Part shown: in pieces, positions 49,737-64,000 of the stretch
How the letters are laid out: every line of letters starts with the position of its first letter
How positions within the stretch are numbered: position 1 is the first letter of the stretch
NCBI RefSeq assembly: GCF_006345805.1
Contig: NC_043000.1
Coordinates: 139,934,001-139,998,000, forward strand
Source: Octopus sinensis
Taxonomy: Eukaryota
Length of the DNA stretch: 64,000 bases
Direction of reading: 5' to 3'
Notes under the pieces: generated by a model
The model's database searches: none
Seen by the model: the letters and a program-made list of their open reading frames with translations, nothing else
What the model was told of the DNA's origin: nothing
Position numbers and translations under genes: made by a program

Positions 49737-50843
49737 ATATTTGAATTCTACAAGAAAGCCGTTTCACTTTAATGGAGAGAATCTGAATTACAGCAATATA
49801 TAGCTCAAAGAGCTGACTCCCATACTTCCTGGATGATTACTATGAATTAAGGAAATCTCACTACAAAGATACATTGCAAAGAACTGACTAAAATAAGTCC
49901 CTGATGACCAGTTACAGTTTTTGTTTTTGACAAGACATAATAAAGCTTGAACCATAGAGACAAAATCCATCTCAAATAACTGGATGGTAATTGTCATTAT
50001 TCTAGCAGTTAGCATGAAGAATATAAAATAATCTGGATGTAAATAATTTCCACATTTCAGAAAAGTATTAAATGATGATAACTTCTTGTAATCTAATTTT
50101 CTCTTGAAGCATTTGATAGTGATACAAAGAAGCAGACAGAATGGTAAACTAGCAGATTAAGATCCTTCAAAAAACTAACTGGCTTAGGAAATATTCTTTA
50201 AGAAGCCATTAGATTATATAATATGTAAGCTGAAGAAAACTTGATTAGCAAGAAAAAGCATAGGAAAACTGTTTGCAGTTAAACAAATGCAAATTTAACA
50301 GAACATGAAAAAACGAAAATAAAATGAAAATGGTTATATCGTGAAATAAGAAATATGTTCATAATATAAAAGACAGTAAAATTTAAAAGTATATTTTGTC
50401 TATGGTATTCACGTTACAATAACGATCATAATTATGACGGTCACCATCATATTCAACAACAACAGAGATTGTTTGACGTTGTTTGACTTGCTAAAAGTAA
50501 CAGCAAAACCTCTTTGGAGGAATATACTGGATATTGTAAAATAAAGTTAGTACCCAGAATGTAGAATAAGTACACTGCGCTTCTGAAAATCTGTTCAACC
50601 CATACTAGTGAGGAAAAGGGGATACAATATGAAGTGGAGATATCTTGAGGAGGACTCTGTGAGCCCTCTCAAATTCCATATTACATACTGCTAAAGTAAG
50701 ACAGATTACTCCTGAATTAAAAATAATACCATACAAAATAACAGTCAAACATTTACAGGATACAAAATCATGAAATACAAACATTCAAAATAAATTATAA
50801 CAACAGAAAGCATTATGCTTATGTACATACATACATACATACA

Positions 50844-50908
<65 letters not shown>

Positions 50909-50979
50909 ATATATATATATGTGTGTGTGTGTGTGTTTGTGTGTGTTTATATATATATATGTGTGTGTGTGTGTGTATT

Positions 50980-51705
50980 ATCAATTAATAATTAAGGGTA
51001 CTTACTAACAATACCTGCATGCTGTCAAAATAACCAAACCACAAGTTATCACTTAAACACAAAGGTGAAATCGGGCCAATGAATAAAAACACTAAGAACC
51101 CCGTACCAATAACGAAAATATTAGTAATTGAAAATTGAAAAGTCAGACATACCCATATAACCATGATTTCAAACTTTGAGAAATATCCTTAGTTCTTGTC
51201 AGCGAGTCTTACTGACACCCAGGGTTGTAGAGTTTATTCATCTCAACCAATGTGTGTGAAGTCCAATTTTAATGCCACAGCAAATTTTAAAAGGTGATCG
51301 AAGTGAGTCAAAATTATTTAAATAAATTTAGTGTTTATAGTAATATCGGTGGTTTAGTATGCATCATCACACACACATTGGTTGAGATGAATAAACCTTA
51401 CAACCCTGGGTGCCAGTAAGACTCTGTGACGAGAACTAAGGGTATTTCTCAAAATTTGAAATCACAGTGATACGGGTATATTTGACATTTCGATTTTCAA
51501 TTATTTTCGTTATTGGTATAGGGCTCTTAGGGATTTCATTCATTTGCCCATTTCACCTTTCTGTTTATGTGATAACTTGTGATTTGTTCATTTTGACTGC
51601 TATGTCAGCATGCTGGTACTACCTGTTAGTACCCTTATTAATTGATGATTTATACAGTTTTAGGGTTTTTTTATGCATACTAAACCACTGATATTATTAT
51701 AAACA
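50980..51705. repeat. Large foldback with a second interleaved inverted repeat
   Basis: 50980-51258 pairs with 51370-51646; 51332-51364 pairs with 51673-51705. Confidence 0.85.
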
Positions 51706-51795
51706 ATATCCTCATATGAATTTAAGTAATATATATATATATAAAATCTATCTATCTATCTCTATATTATATGCATATATATGTGTGTGTGTATA

Positions 51796-52222
51796 CTCTT
51801 TTTACTCTGTTCTCTTTTACTTGTTTCAGTCATTTGACTGCGGCCGTGCTGGAGCACCGCCTTTATAGTTGAGCAAATCAACCCCAGGACTTATTCTTTG
51901 TAAGCCTAGTACTTATTCTATCGGTCTCTTATGCCGAACCGCTAAGTTACGGGAACATAAGCATCGGTTGTCAAGCGATGTTGGGGGGGGGCAAACACAG
52001 TCACATAAACATACACACACACACACATATATATATATATAAATATATATATACATATATACGACGGGCTTCTTTCAGTTTCCGTCTACCAAATCCACTC
52101 ACAAGGCTTTGGTCGGCCCGAGGCTATAGTAGAAGACACTTGCCCAAGATGCCACGCAGTGGGACTGAACCCGGAACCATGTGGTTGGTAAGCAAGCTAC
52201 TTACCACAGTCACTCCTGCACC

Positions 52223-52223
<1 letters not shown>
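51796..52223 (-). mobile_element. SINE family A
   Basis: Full-length homology. Confidence 0.92.
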
Positions 52224-52255
<32 letters not shown>

Positions 52256-52427
52256 ATATATATTTTCAGTTATGTAACTGCGGCCATGCTGGAGCACCGC
52301 CTTATATTTTTCTTTAATTCTTTTACTTGTTTCAGTCATTTGGCTGTGACCATGCTGGGGGCACCGTCTTGAAGAATTTTAGCTGACTAATCGACCTCAG
52401 TACATACATATAAATATATATACATAT

Positions 52428-53584
52428 ATCAGTTGAGTTACAGGATTTTTCAGATTTTTACTGATGATTTTTGGCAACTTGTATCTATGTGTTATATCAG
52501 TAATTTGATACAACTTGTCCAGTCGCTGCTGAATTCTTTATCCTTTATTTTTATATATGACATGTAAACATTAATTTTACATTCTTTATTTTAGAGCTTT
52601 GATGACGAGTGGTGAAAAAATTGCAACTAGTGTGATTTTATGCAGCCTGATGAAAAAAGGACCAAGTGCAAGGGTCGCATCAAAGGAAATTAGTGATTGG
52701 AAGGCCCAGGAACTGTCAATGAATGTGTGGCACAATACTGATTCAGATGTTTGAAGGAAGATGAGATAAGCCTTGATGACAAAGCAAAAGAAGAAAGGAG
52801 ATATTCTGTTGTGGAAGATGAGGCCTTGTTTGAAATGTTCGAACAGCCAAGCACAAGCATTACGACATTATCAGCAGGACTTGGTCCTTCACAAAGCTCC
52901 ATCAATTGGCACCTCCATAAACTTAGCCTTGTGAACAAACGCCATCAAGCAGTTCCTCTTGAACTGACCAATGACCACGCCCAACGATGTTTGAACATGA
53001 AGAAAAGACTGCTGACATAAGCTCACGATGCCCGTTTTTGGTGTTAAATTATAACTGGGGATGAAAAAGGAATTTATTTTTACAATCGTAATAAGAGAAC
53101 CTGTTATCAAAGAAGGGCAGTTTGAACAGAAATTTACGTTGTGATTTTGTCCCAGATATGCTGTGAATGCTAAACTTTATATTCAATAGCTACAGCCTGC
53201 TACTTAGCATTGGTCAATCGAACATGTGAACACAGTGCCGATGTAACCAAGTGCATACTGAGGAACTTGATGGGCTGAAAGTGCTACTTCACCCTACCTA
53301 CAGTCCAGACCTTACATCATCAGATCAGACTATTACTTTTTCCAAGCCATGGCCCAGTTCATGTATGGAAATTCAACAATGTGGATGAGGTTGAAAGCAA
53401 GTGCAAGGAGATTTCTAACCAACCAAATGTTATAAGCATGGAATTAAGCTTCTGGCACAACGATGTCAAGAGCCAATCAATAGAATATAAGATATATTTT
53501 AATGAATAAGCGCTTTTCAAATGTAGTTTGTTTGAACTATCATTTAAAGCTTAAAATTCGATAAAACTTTTAACTCAACCAGGT
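52428..53584 (+). mobile_element. Mariner transposon, heavily decayed
   Basis: Termini GTTGAGTTA / TAACTCAAC; VPLELT, ITGDEK and HPTYSPDL motifs. Confidence 0.8.
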
Positions 53585-54062
53585 ATACCACCATCCATCT
53601 CAACATATGTTTTCCTGAAGCTACACAAAAAAATGATTGAAGCACACTTGTTTCAGCAAGACTGCAAAGAACATAGAAACTGACAATACCGTTAAAAAGA
53701 AAATTAAAAGCATTGAGTTGCAGCTCTAGTCTTTGGAGAAAATGAGTAGAAATGGTTGCTTCGAATGATGTCCATAAAACAGATGTGATGTTCATAATAT
53801 GGCACGAGGAAAATTTAGTTGAAGAATATTTCAGAACAGATCAAGTTCAATTTGTGACTGTGATGTTGGACCTCAGAGATTACATAATCCAGACTTATGG
53901 ATAGATTCTGTAGTACAGACTTGCTTCTTAAACAGTAGAACATAACAAGAATAGACACACAACTGACTACAAGAATGATCATTATGCTGTTCATGGAGTC
54001 GAGGATGACAATGCATCTATTGATGGAAATCTGCGTCATCGTCATCATTACTATTACTATTA

Positions 54063-54103
<41 letters not shown>

Positions 54104-54202
54104 ATTGTTATTATTGTTATTATTATTATTATTATTATTACTGTTATTATTATTATTATTATATTATTATTATTATTATTATTATTACTGTTATTATTAT
54201 TA

Positions 54203-54751
54203 TTGAGTGAGAGAGCAGTTCATGCCATCAAAGTGACACTGGGGTAAAATATACGAAGCCCAATATACCCATCATGACTACCCGTCTGATAAAGGTACAC
54301 CAGGCACATGCATCACAACCATATGTGCGCGCTATGATGATCTCATATCAAGATAAACAGCACATGACCTTGCAGGTGGGGCCCAGTTAGAATTTTCTTC
54401 AGGTTGAGTAGCCCATCCCGCTCAAACGGTCCCTGAATAAGGGTTGTTTAAGGATGTTGAAAGAACCACCCATGTTTCCAGAGGTGAACTATTCAAACCC
54501 CAAAACGAATCCCTCTCAACACATGGCTATGATGCTCCCCCACTACTTCTGCTCGTGATCAGAGATGCACATATCGTCAGCCACTAAGGGACATGCTCAA
54601 CTGGTTAAGGTCAAACAACTGACAAGCAAATCTGTGGTATTGAGCAGAATATTTGCTGTAGCCCATCTTTTATGCCAAGACAAAACAATGTACATGATAA
54701 CACTTCCAATCAGTTAAGATCAGAAGCCATGAGAGCCACTGCCTGGTACTG
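54203..54751 (-). mobile_element. 560-bp (TAA)n-resident element
   Basis: Homologous to 13494-14060; (TTA)n on both sides. Confidence 0.88.
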
Positions 54752-54752
54752 C

Positions 54753-54818
<66 letters not shown>

Positions 54819-54824
54819 TATTAC

Positions 54825-54903
<79 letters not shown>

Positions 54904-55471
54904 TGTGTCTTAGCGAAGGTAAAGGTATTGCTTACAGTCACGTTTGTTCCTTAGTTTGTCCATGGAAAGATATCTCAAGAACTGCTGGACAGATTCAAAT
55001 GAAACTTTCAGAGATGTTTGGCTTCGTGACTGGTATGAATTGATTAGATTTCAGGATCAATCGGGTACTAGACAAAGATTCTGGATTATATTACCGGTTT
55101 TTTTTTTTTACTTAATTTTTGAGAACAGTCTGACATACAAGTGATCATCTTTAGAAAATATCAAAATTTTAATATCTACATTTTTCTTTGAAATTTTACC
55201 TCTCTGACTACTCGAATATGTAAACATAACTTTTATTACAATGCATGATAAAAATTAAAGAGATAAGCACCAGCCAAAATAGACAAACAATTACAAAAAC
55301 TGTAAACCACAGCAAAACCTATAAAAGGAAAAGAAAAAATTTTCAAATTCAAAAAATTCAAAAATTCAACAATGTAAATATCAATGTATATATATACAAT
55401 CAAACAAGTCCATTTTTAAAGGCGTAGCGTTTATACTAGTCCTGATAGAATCGGCATATCGGTTCTATTTA

Positions 55472-55620
55472 ACAAAAACTGTCCGACGAACGGGAACGTG
55501 ATACTCAGAGTAACAGGTTTTGTTGAATTTCTGCTGCTTTGAAATAAAGCATATTACTCTACCCCTGGTATTTGAGTACTCTTTTTTCCCCCTTGTTTCA
55601 CATTTATGTGTTTACTCCGG
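55472..55620 (+). mobile_element. Second copy of variant-hammerhead repeat
   Basis: Matches 10731-10878; CTGT-CCGACGA-ACGggaaCGT-GATAC (GAAA mutated); ends at (TA)n. Confidence 0.75.
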
Positions 55621-55693
<73 letters not shown>

Positions 55694-55739
55694 TAATTTT
55701 TCTATAAGTAATCAAAACAGATCAAGATGAATTGGTTGT

Positions 55740-57080
55740 TTCCAAGGCCAAAATCAGTGCTCTCACTGATCATTAGTACTAGTAAACATATTTGATCTCT
55801 GCTGACTGCAAGGGTTTGATGCTTGCTTTGTTTGTTCCCTGATTGGATAGGAATGCGAAGCCCCATTGTTTGATCTCCTTCTCACCATCTGCTGAACCTA
55901 TTTACAGACCTGGGGAATATGCTCAATTCACCAAGCTCCGTCTCTTCCTCCTACGATCCCTTCAAAACTCTCACATAATGCTTTGGATTTATGTTTGTAC
56001 CACTGTTTTTGCTGTTAAGTCCATACTTGTTGCAAACTGTCCAATGAACAATATTTGCTATGTTGTTATGATGTCTCTTATGTTCATTCTGTGCTAGTGG
56101 TGTACATTGACTGGTAATATGCCATACGGTTTCATTATTTGCCGGCAAATTCTGCACTTATCACTTTCTGATGTGATGTCTAGTATTTGATGTAATTGGT
56201 TCTTAATGCATGCTCTTGGGCAGCACAAATTGGAGCTTATGTTTCTGGTTTTAGATTACTTTTAATCATCCATAGCCATCTTTTGTTCTCTGTCTGTTTT
56301 ATTTTCAACATCTTAATGAAATTGTCCATGCATTCTTTTCTTTATCCACCTAGTTTCAATTTCATTCATTCTTAAGTGCTTGTACAGTGCTTTATCGTTG
56401 CAATCTTCCATCCTACACAAGTCTGACCTCTTCACTTCTAATAATAGTGGATTTGTGGCATTTTTACTTACCATGCTATGTTGTTTTCTTCTGCTCTAAT
56501 GCTGTGTTCACATCCAATCAGTCCTCTTCCCCCTCTTTTACTTGGTACATACAGTCTGTCTATGTCACATATTGGGTGGAGTATGCTATGTCTAGTCAGC
56601 AACTTCCTTGTCTTTCTCTCTAAGCTGTTTAGTTTGTCTACTATCCATGCGATTACCCCTGCTCCATATCTCAGGAGTGAAACCGCCCAAATCAGTCTTA
56701 GCCTGTGCAAGTACTCCACCATAAATTTTTTGCCGTTTGTTTCTCCATCAATTTATCTATTTCCAATCTCCTCAAGTACTTATAGCCCATCTCTTCTATT
56801 TGCTTCATAACCCCCACCCCCCGATGGTATCACTAGCATGTCCATACGTTTAATTTTGCCTCTCTTCAAGAATAATACATCACACTTTTTCAGTCCTTAC
56901 TCCATTCTGATATCAGCACTGAAGGTATACATCATATCAACGAGGGAACTGACTTGGGCTTCATCTTCACCATAAAGTTTGAGGTCATCCATGAATAACA
57001 AGTGGTTAACTTTTTGTTGGTGGCTCTTGAATACATACCCAGCCTTTGCTTTCCTCAGAATCAGTGTTAGTGGTAATGGT
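55740..57080 (-). mobile_element. R4/Dong-type LINE fragment including RT motif
   Basis: VNHLLFMDDLKLYG, DIDRLYVPSKRGGRGL, ETVWHITSQCTPLAQ and RHHN. Confidence 0.88.
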
Positions 57081-57093
57081 ATGATTATTATTA

Positions 57094-57181
<88 letters not shown>

Positions 57182-57182
57182 C

Positions 57183-57726
57183 AAGTAAGAGAGCAGTGCA
57201 TGCCATCAAAGTGACACTGGGGTAAAATATACGAAGCCCAGTATACCCATCATGACTACCTGTCTGATAAGGGTACACTAGGCACATGCATCACAACTAT
57301 ATGTGCGCGACATGGTGATCACATATCAAGATAAATAGCACATGACCTTGCAGGTGTGGCCCAGTTAGAATTTTCTTCAGGTTGAGTAGCCCATCCCGCT
57401 CAAACGGTCCCTGAATAAGTGTTGTTTAAGAATGTTGAACGAAACACCCATGTTTCCAAAGGTGAATTATTCAAACCACAAAGAATCCCTCTCAACACAT
57501 GGCTATGATGCTCCCCCACTACTTCTGCTCGTGATCAGAGATGCACATATCGTCAGTCACTAAGAGACATGCTCAACTGGTTATGGTCAAACAACTGACT
57601 GTTGTATTGAAAAGAATATTTGCCGTAGCCCATCTTTTATACCAAGACAGAACAATGTACATGATAACACTTCCAATCAGTTAAGATCAGAAGCCACGAG
57701 AGCCACTGCCTGGTAACGCATCGAGG

Positions 57727-57729
<3 letters not shown>
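57183..57729 (-). mobile_element. 560-bp (TAA)n-resident element
   Basis: Homologous to 13494-14060. Confidence 0.88.
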
Positions 57730-57759
<30 letters not shown>

Positions 57760-57997
57760 ATTTTTTTTCTTCTTTCAAATTTGCTTCCATTTCTTGCCGA
57801 GTGCCTTCCCGACTGACTCCTATGGCAAAGAAACTCATAGTATACATTGGTAGGCCATTAAACCAAACTCAATAGTTCGTTCATTAAAAAAATTTTTTTT
57901 TTTTAAGTTAAATTAAAATACATGAGCAGCAACAGTTCTCACATCGACAATGCTCTTCTCAATACGTGTGATGTACCAGTTAAGACAATCTTTTGAA

Positions 57998-58058
<61 letters not shown>

Positions 58059-60283
58059 GTTATTAACATGATTTTGGCGATGATGACAAAGATGATGCTG
58101 ATTATGATACTGAAATTGAAGCTATATGAATGAATTGAATTGACTGAATTACATGTTGGAGAGGACAATGGTGCCAATCTGAAATTGGAGGTTGGTGGTT
58201 ACTGGTGATGCTGTCAATGATCATGTTGAAAATGGGGGATGGCGATTGTGATGGTGTTGATCATAATCATGGATAAAGGAGTGAACCTGAGGAAGATATG
58301 ACATGTGAGATATTTGAATAATGTAACTTAAAATAGAGAATGATTTATTTTTATTTAATTATAAATGAATTCAAATAAATAAATATTAATGTTGATCTAT
58401 ACCAGCTTTAACATTTCTTTTTCTAGTAATGAGATTTTGATTTGTGATATCATTACAAATTGAACATGTGCTTGACATCTAAAAAGACTCTTCACATAAT
58501 ATTTATGTCTACGTGTGAGTGTATATAGATACGTATGTGATTGCATATGTGTGTCTGTGGATGTATGTACGTGAGTGTGTTTGAGTATGTAATATGTGTG
58601 TGTGAGTGTGTGTGTGTGTGTGTGTGTAGTTGGTTTCAATTAATAATATATTTGTATGTGACTGTGTGAGAATTTTGCAGGAGACAAATATTGATGATTA
58701 CACTGCATTATCAAAATACATTCTCACTCTAATTTGAACATGCATGTAAATGCACAAACACACATGCAAACATGCCAGAAGACAAAACAGCACACTATAT
58801 GATCATGAATTCATCATCTCGGAATGAATATTCCTACGTTAGCAGACAAACTAACGAAATGAAAAGAATAAAAAAGATTTATGTGCAAAGAATGTAATGT
58901 TGAAATGATAAAGCAATTCCAAAACTGCTGTTCAACATGAGAAGCCAATTAATCCTAACGGGCATTTAAACTCACTTAATACCCTTAGAGCATGAAATGA
59001 TTATTTTAGTTCTATTTTTATTTATTTTCTTCTTTTGTTTCATGCTAAGAAATACCCAGTGGTTACCATTTCATACTTCCTTTCATCCTCAATTTGCTGG
59101 AAGTGCATTGCTCACTTATTTAGATCCAGTCTTTTATTTTTCCCCAAACAGACTTTTCTGCTAAAAGTTTTGGCACACAGTTTCAGAAGACAAGCAAGTT
59201 TCACTTTTGATGTTCAACAATTTGTTAGTTAGCATTTATTTCTTTTTCTTTACTGCAGTTATTGTTGTTGTTTTTCTTGTTATGGTAATTGTAATTATCC
59301 TAATAATGATGATATTGACGATCAGTATTATCATTATGCAATTTAAATGGTACATGCAAGACACAAAAAGAAATGAGCAAAAATAAAAGAGAAACCTATA
59401 GAAGCGAAAAAGAAAGGAAACTGCTAATTCTGTTAGACGATAAAAATATCTGGATTTTATCACAGGATTCCAAATTACTAATATAGTATTAAATATGTCT
59501 TAGGTAGATAATCTACTCTACTTGTTATTAATAATTATATATGCATATTCACTCTTTAGTTGAAAATAATATCATACCTAACAATATTTAACATGTTGTT
59601 TAGCACCAAATACTTAATATTCAATATTAAGTCTTCGTTTTTAATTTGATATCTTCATCACTGTTACTTAATATTGCACCACAGCAATGGCAGAATCAAT
59701 AGTCTTACATGAAATGTTTTACTGTATTTACATTCTACATACTATTTATTCTGAGGTGAAGTTTGTGTTTCCTTATTCAAGAATCAATATAATAAAGTAC
59801 TAATGAAGTACTGCTGGCCAATTCAATCAGCTGTACTCTTTCTAGAAATCTATTGCATAGTGCCAGTGTTAAACATCAACATCGTTTCTGCTCAGAGTTA
59901 ATATACAATAATATTCAATGACATTCCTAATATCTGTATGCCATAATATTTAATAGCTATATTGTATCATGGTATTTATTCTGAAACATATCCAGTAATA
60001 TGCCTCAACATGCTTAAACGAAATAATTGTTAACACAATATGAAGCCATATCTTACCATAAATATTATTTCCTTCCTCAGTACACGGTAAATTTGGAAAG
60101 GAAAAGGTAGAGTTAACAGAATTAAATTTAATATATACCCATGTTAAAATATATTACTGTTACGTATTTTATCAATTTTAGCAGAATGAAAGCCGGAAGA
60201 CTTATCAGATTTTAAGCCCAGAAATATACTAGTGAGACAAAATTATAATACATATACAAAGGAATTTTTGTCTGCATTTGATA

Positions 60284-60705
60284 TACTCTTTTACTCTTTT
60301 ACTTGTTTCAGTCATTTGACTGTGACCATGCTGGAGCACCGCCTTTAGTCGAGCAAATCGACCCCAGGACTTATTCTTTGTAAGCCCAGTACTTATTCTA
60401 TCGGTCTCTTTTGCCGAACCGCTAAGTGACGGGGATGTAAACACACCAGCATCGATTGTCAAGCAATGCTAGGGAGACAAACACAGACACACAAACACAT
60501 ACACACACATACATATATATATATGTATATATACATATATACGACGGGCTTCTTTCAGTTTCCGTCTACCAAATCCACTCACAAGGCTTTGGTCGGCCCG
60601 AGGCTATAGCAGAAGACACTTGCCCAAGATGCCATGCAGTGGGACTGAATCCGGAACCATGTGGTTGGTTAGCAAGCTACTTACCACACAGCCACTCCTG
60701 CGCCT
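60284..60705 (-). mobile_element. SINE family A
   Basis: Full-length homology. Confidence 0.92.
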
Positions 60706-60818
60706 ATGAACACTAAATCAAGAGAAATCTTTGTAGTTCAAGTATCACTACTAACTTGTTCATTTATCTAACTTCAGTTTGGATTTAGATGTAAATAGTG
60801 TTCAATATTGCTCATATA

Positions 60819-61460
60819 TTAGGTTGGAAAGAAAGTTCTGTGGCATTCTTGACATGATCACTTTGAGGGTACTTTTTCAAGACATAATAAAAAAAATAAA
60901 TGCACCCTTTTAAAACCTAGCCAGGCTCATGGGCCTGGCTTCCTGTTTCAATGGTATATGTGTTCCCCAGCTGGATGGGACGCCAGTCCATCGCAGCGTT
61001 ACTCATTTTTGCCAGCTGAGTGGACTGGAGCAACGTGAAATGAAGTGTTTTGCTCAAGAACACAACGCGTCGCCCGGTCCAGGAATCGAAACCACAATCT
61101 TACGATCATGATGCTGACACCATAACCACTAAACCATACACCCCCACATTTTCAAGACATACCCAAAAATAAACATCAATTTGTATATCCTAATATTTTT
61201 CTTTCCTTACAGATTACTTTACAACATATTAAATTCATATCAATCTTATCTTTTTAAGGTGACTTTAGATGAGATTTATGTCAGACATTGCATGCTGAAT
61301 GAATTCACATGGGCTTCTTCAGTAATGAAAGAAGCAAAAAATATTTGTTCTACCGATGGAAATGAAGCTTTTTTGCATGGCCATGCCAAACAATGTTTGA
61401 TCAGTTTTATTAAGGAAATTTTTCTTTTACAGATTACCTTACATCAAGATGAACAATAAT
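60819..61460 (+). mobile_element. Mariner 5' remnant carrying a SINE D insertion (60887-61148)
   Basis: TA-TTAGGTTG TIR; RHCMLNEF...AKNICS; TSD TTTTCAAGACATA at 60874-60886 and 61149-61161. Confidence 0.7.
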
Positions 61461-61659
61461 TTCTGTTGGTATTGAACTTCATTTCTCCAGATGAGGATGC
61501 ATTTTATATTAGGATGTAATCTTTTATGACTACATTGAATAAAATTCTACCAAAATAGGTGTCATAAATTTTGAACACAATATGTTTATTTTCAGCTACA
61601 TATACATGCATACAGAATCATATACATATGTATATATATATGTGTGTGTATATATATAT

Positions 61660-61884
61660 ATTTCTTTATTGCCCACAAGGGGCTAAATATAGAGGGGACA
61701 AACAAGGACAGACAAACGGATTAAGTCAATTACATAGTCCCCAGTGCGAAACTGGCACTTTAGTTATTGACCCTGAAAGGATGAAAGGCAAAGTCGACCA
61801 CAGCGGAATTTGAACTCAGAACGTAACGACAGACGAAATACCACTAAGCATTTCGCCCGGCATGCTAACGTGTCTGGCAGCTCG

Positions 61885-61887
<3 letters not shown>
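61660..61887 (-). mobile_element. SINE family B
   Basis: Homologous to 32326-32554. Confidence 0.9.
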
Positions 61888-61926
<39 letters not shown>

Positions 61927-62545
61927 CATATGTGTGTATGCGCGTGTGTATATATATATATATATACATATGTGTGTATGCGCGTGTGTATATATATTAT
62001 ATATATATAAATGCATACATACTTGCATTTTGGTGTGCGAAGCCATTACTCCAGACAGTTTTTTTTCCACTCAACATTTTACTTCTCTCTCCATTTTCTT
62101 TCCTTATTTCTTTTTGTCGAGGAGTTTTCCATTGTTCCTGAGCAACAAACTAATATACCATCTTTGTTTTTCACTCACCTGTCATTGTTTTTTTTCCTTC
62201 TTGTACATTTGAACCATATATTCATATATGTGTGTATTCACATGTGTGTGTGTGTGTGTATCTGAGTGTAGTTGTATGTACCTTTGTTTTGACATCTCTT
62301 AATTGTTGTAAATTAGCATCATTATCATGCAAGCTAAGTTCTTTGCTTCCAGTCTCATATGAGAAATGTATCTGGCTATAGAAAATATTACCTTGCTAGT
62401 AAAAAGATGAGAGTTGGTGAGAAAGGACGTCCAACTGTAGAAATCTTGTCTCAATGAATTTCATCTAACCCCTGCAAACATGGAAAAGAGGACATTAAAT
62501 ATGGTGATTTATATAATATATATATATATATATATTTACATATAT

Positions 62546-62760
62546 ACTCTCTTCTACACTTTTACTTGTTTCAGTCATTTGACTGTGGCCATGCTCGAGC
62601 ACCACCTTCAGTCGAGCAAATCAATCCCAGGACTTATTCTTTGTAAGCCTAGTACATATTCTATCGGTCTCTTTTGTCGAACCACTAAGTTACAGGGATG
62701 TAAACACACCACCATCGGTTGTCAAGCAATAGGTGAGAAAAAACACAAAGAATCATGCAC

Positions 62761-62794
<34 letters not shown>

Positions 62795-62996
62795 GCACAC
62801 ACACACACTCAATTTATATTTACATACGATGAGCTCTTGTCAGTTTCCCTCCCCCAAATCCACTCGCAGGGATTTCGCCAGCCTGTGGGGGCTATAGTAG
62901 AAGACATTTGACCAAGGCGCCGTAGAGTGGGACTGAACCTGGATCTATGTTCTTAGGAAGCAAACTTCATACTACACCCCTACAACACCCGCACCT
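62546..62996 (-). mobile_element. SINE family A, diverged
   Basis: Homologous to 60284-60705. Confidence 0.85.
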
Positions 62997-63441
62997 AGCA
63001 AACTTCTTACCACACAGCCTTGTTACTTTTATAAGTTTAAAGTTTAATTTTATATAAACATATTAACATAAATGTTAAGATGGAGACATTGTTAAATTGG
63101 GAAACTTGACTTTCAGCAGATGTCTAAGAATTTTGAGTGGCATTGCATAATTCTTAACTTACAAGCTTCATCATATTGCACAGGATAATGGTATATATTC
63201 TGATTGTTTCATTAATGATATGTATTCAATAAATGTCTTCTAAATGATTGCCGTCATTCCTTATGACTTAGGAAATCATAACTGGAAAGTTACTGCCATC
63301 CTAACTTTCTATCTCTCTTTCCCGGCTATTTCTTTCTTTCATCTTGATACTTATATAATTCTTGTTGTTGTTGATGATGACAATAAAGTTGGTAGCAGAA
63401 TCATTATAGAACTATTGATGACAAAATCATGATTGTCATAA

Positions 63442-63622
63442 GGTGCAGGAGTGGCTGTGTGGTAAGTAGCTTGCTTACTAACTACATGGTTCTGGGTTCA
63501 GTCCCACTGCGTGGCATATTGGGCAAGTGTCTTCTACTATAGCCCTGGGCCGACCAAAGCCTTGTGAGTGGATTTGGTAGACGGAAACTGAAAGAAGCCC
63601 TTCGCATATGTTTATATATATG

Positions 63623-63661
<39 letters not shown>

Positions 63662-63889
63662 CTGTCTGTGTGTGTGTGTTTGTGTGTCTGTGTTTGTCTC
63701 CCCAATATCGCTTGACAACCGATGGTGGTGTGTTTACCTCCCCGTAACTTAGCAGTTCAGCAAAAGAGACTGATAGAATAAGTACTAAGCTTACAAAGAA
63801 TAAGTACTGGGGGTCGATTTCTTCGACTAAAGGTGGTGCTCCAGCATGGCCACAGTCAAATGACTGAAACAAGTAAAAGAGTAAAGAGT
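63442..63889 (+). mobile_element. SINE family A
   Basis: Full-length homology. Confidence 0.92.
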
Positions 63890-64000
63890 ATCAGACAGAA
63901 TTTTTTGCAGTATTTGTCCTAGTTCTTTATGATCTGCATTCAAATCTCATTGAAGACAACATAGTCTTTAAGCCTTCCTTTCATCAATAAAATATACAAT

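Overview
Repeat-dense, AT-rich animal genomic DNA, most likely octopus. That assignment is an inference from the SINE families and the (TA)n/(TAA)n/(GATA)n microsatellite load. I can support no host protein-coding exon, and nearly all short ORFs in the track are microsatellite or repeat artefacts. The window holds one near-full-length L1/Tx1-type LINE with an intact ORF2 (34710-38099) and many R4/Dong-type LINE fragments lodged in (TAA)n. It also has five decayed Tc1/mariner elements, four SINE families, a 560-bp (TAA)n-resident non-coding element and a Penelope-like RT fragment beside a 100-N gap. The main unexplained layer is a set of short, mostly (TA)n-embedded elements carrying predicted hammerhead ribozymes (HHR) of at least six sequence types, several with snap-back palindromes. 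One (30884-30945) has its three strands in a non-circularly permuted order. All RNA structures were paired by eye and are untested. Boundaries of decayed repeats are approximate.
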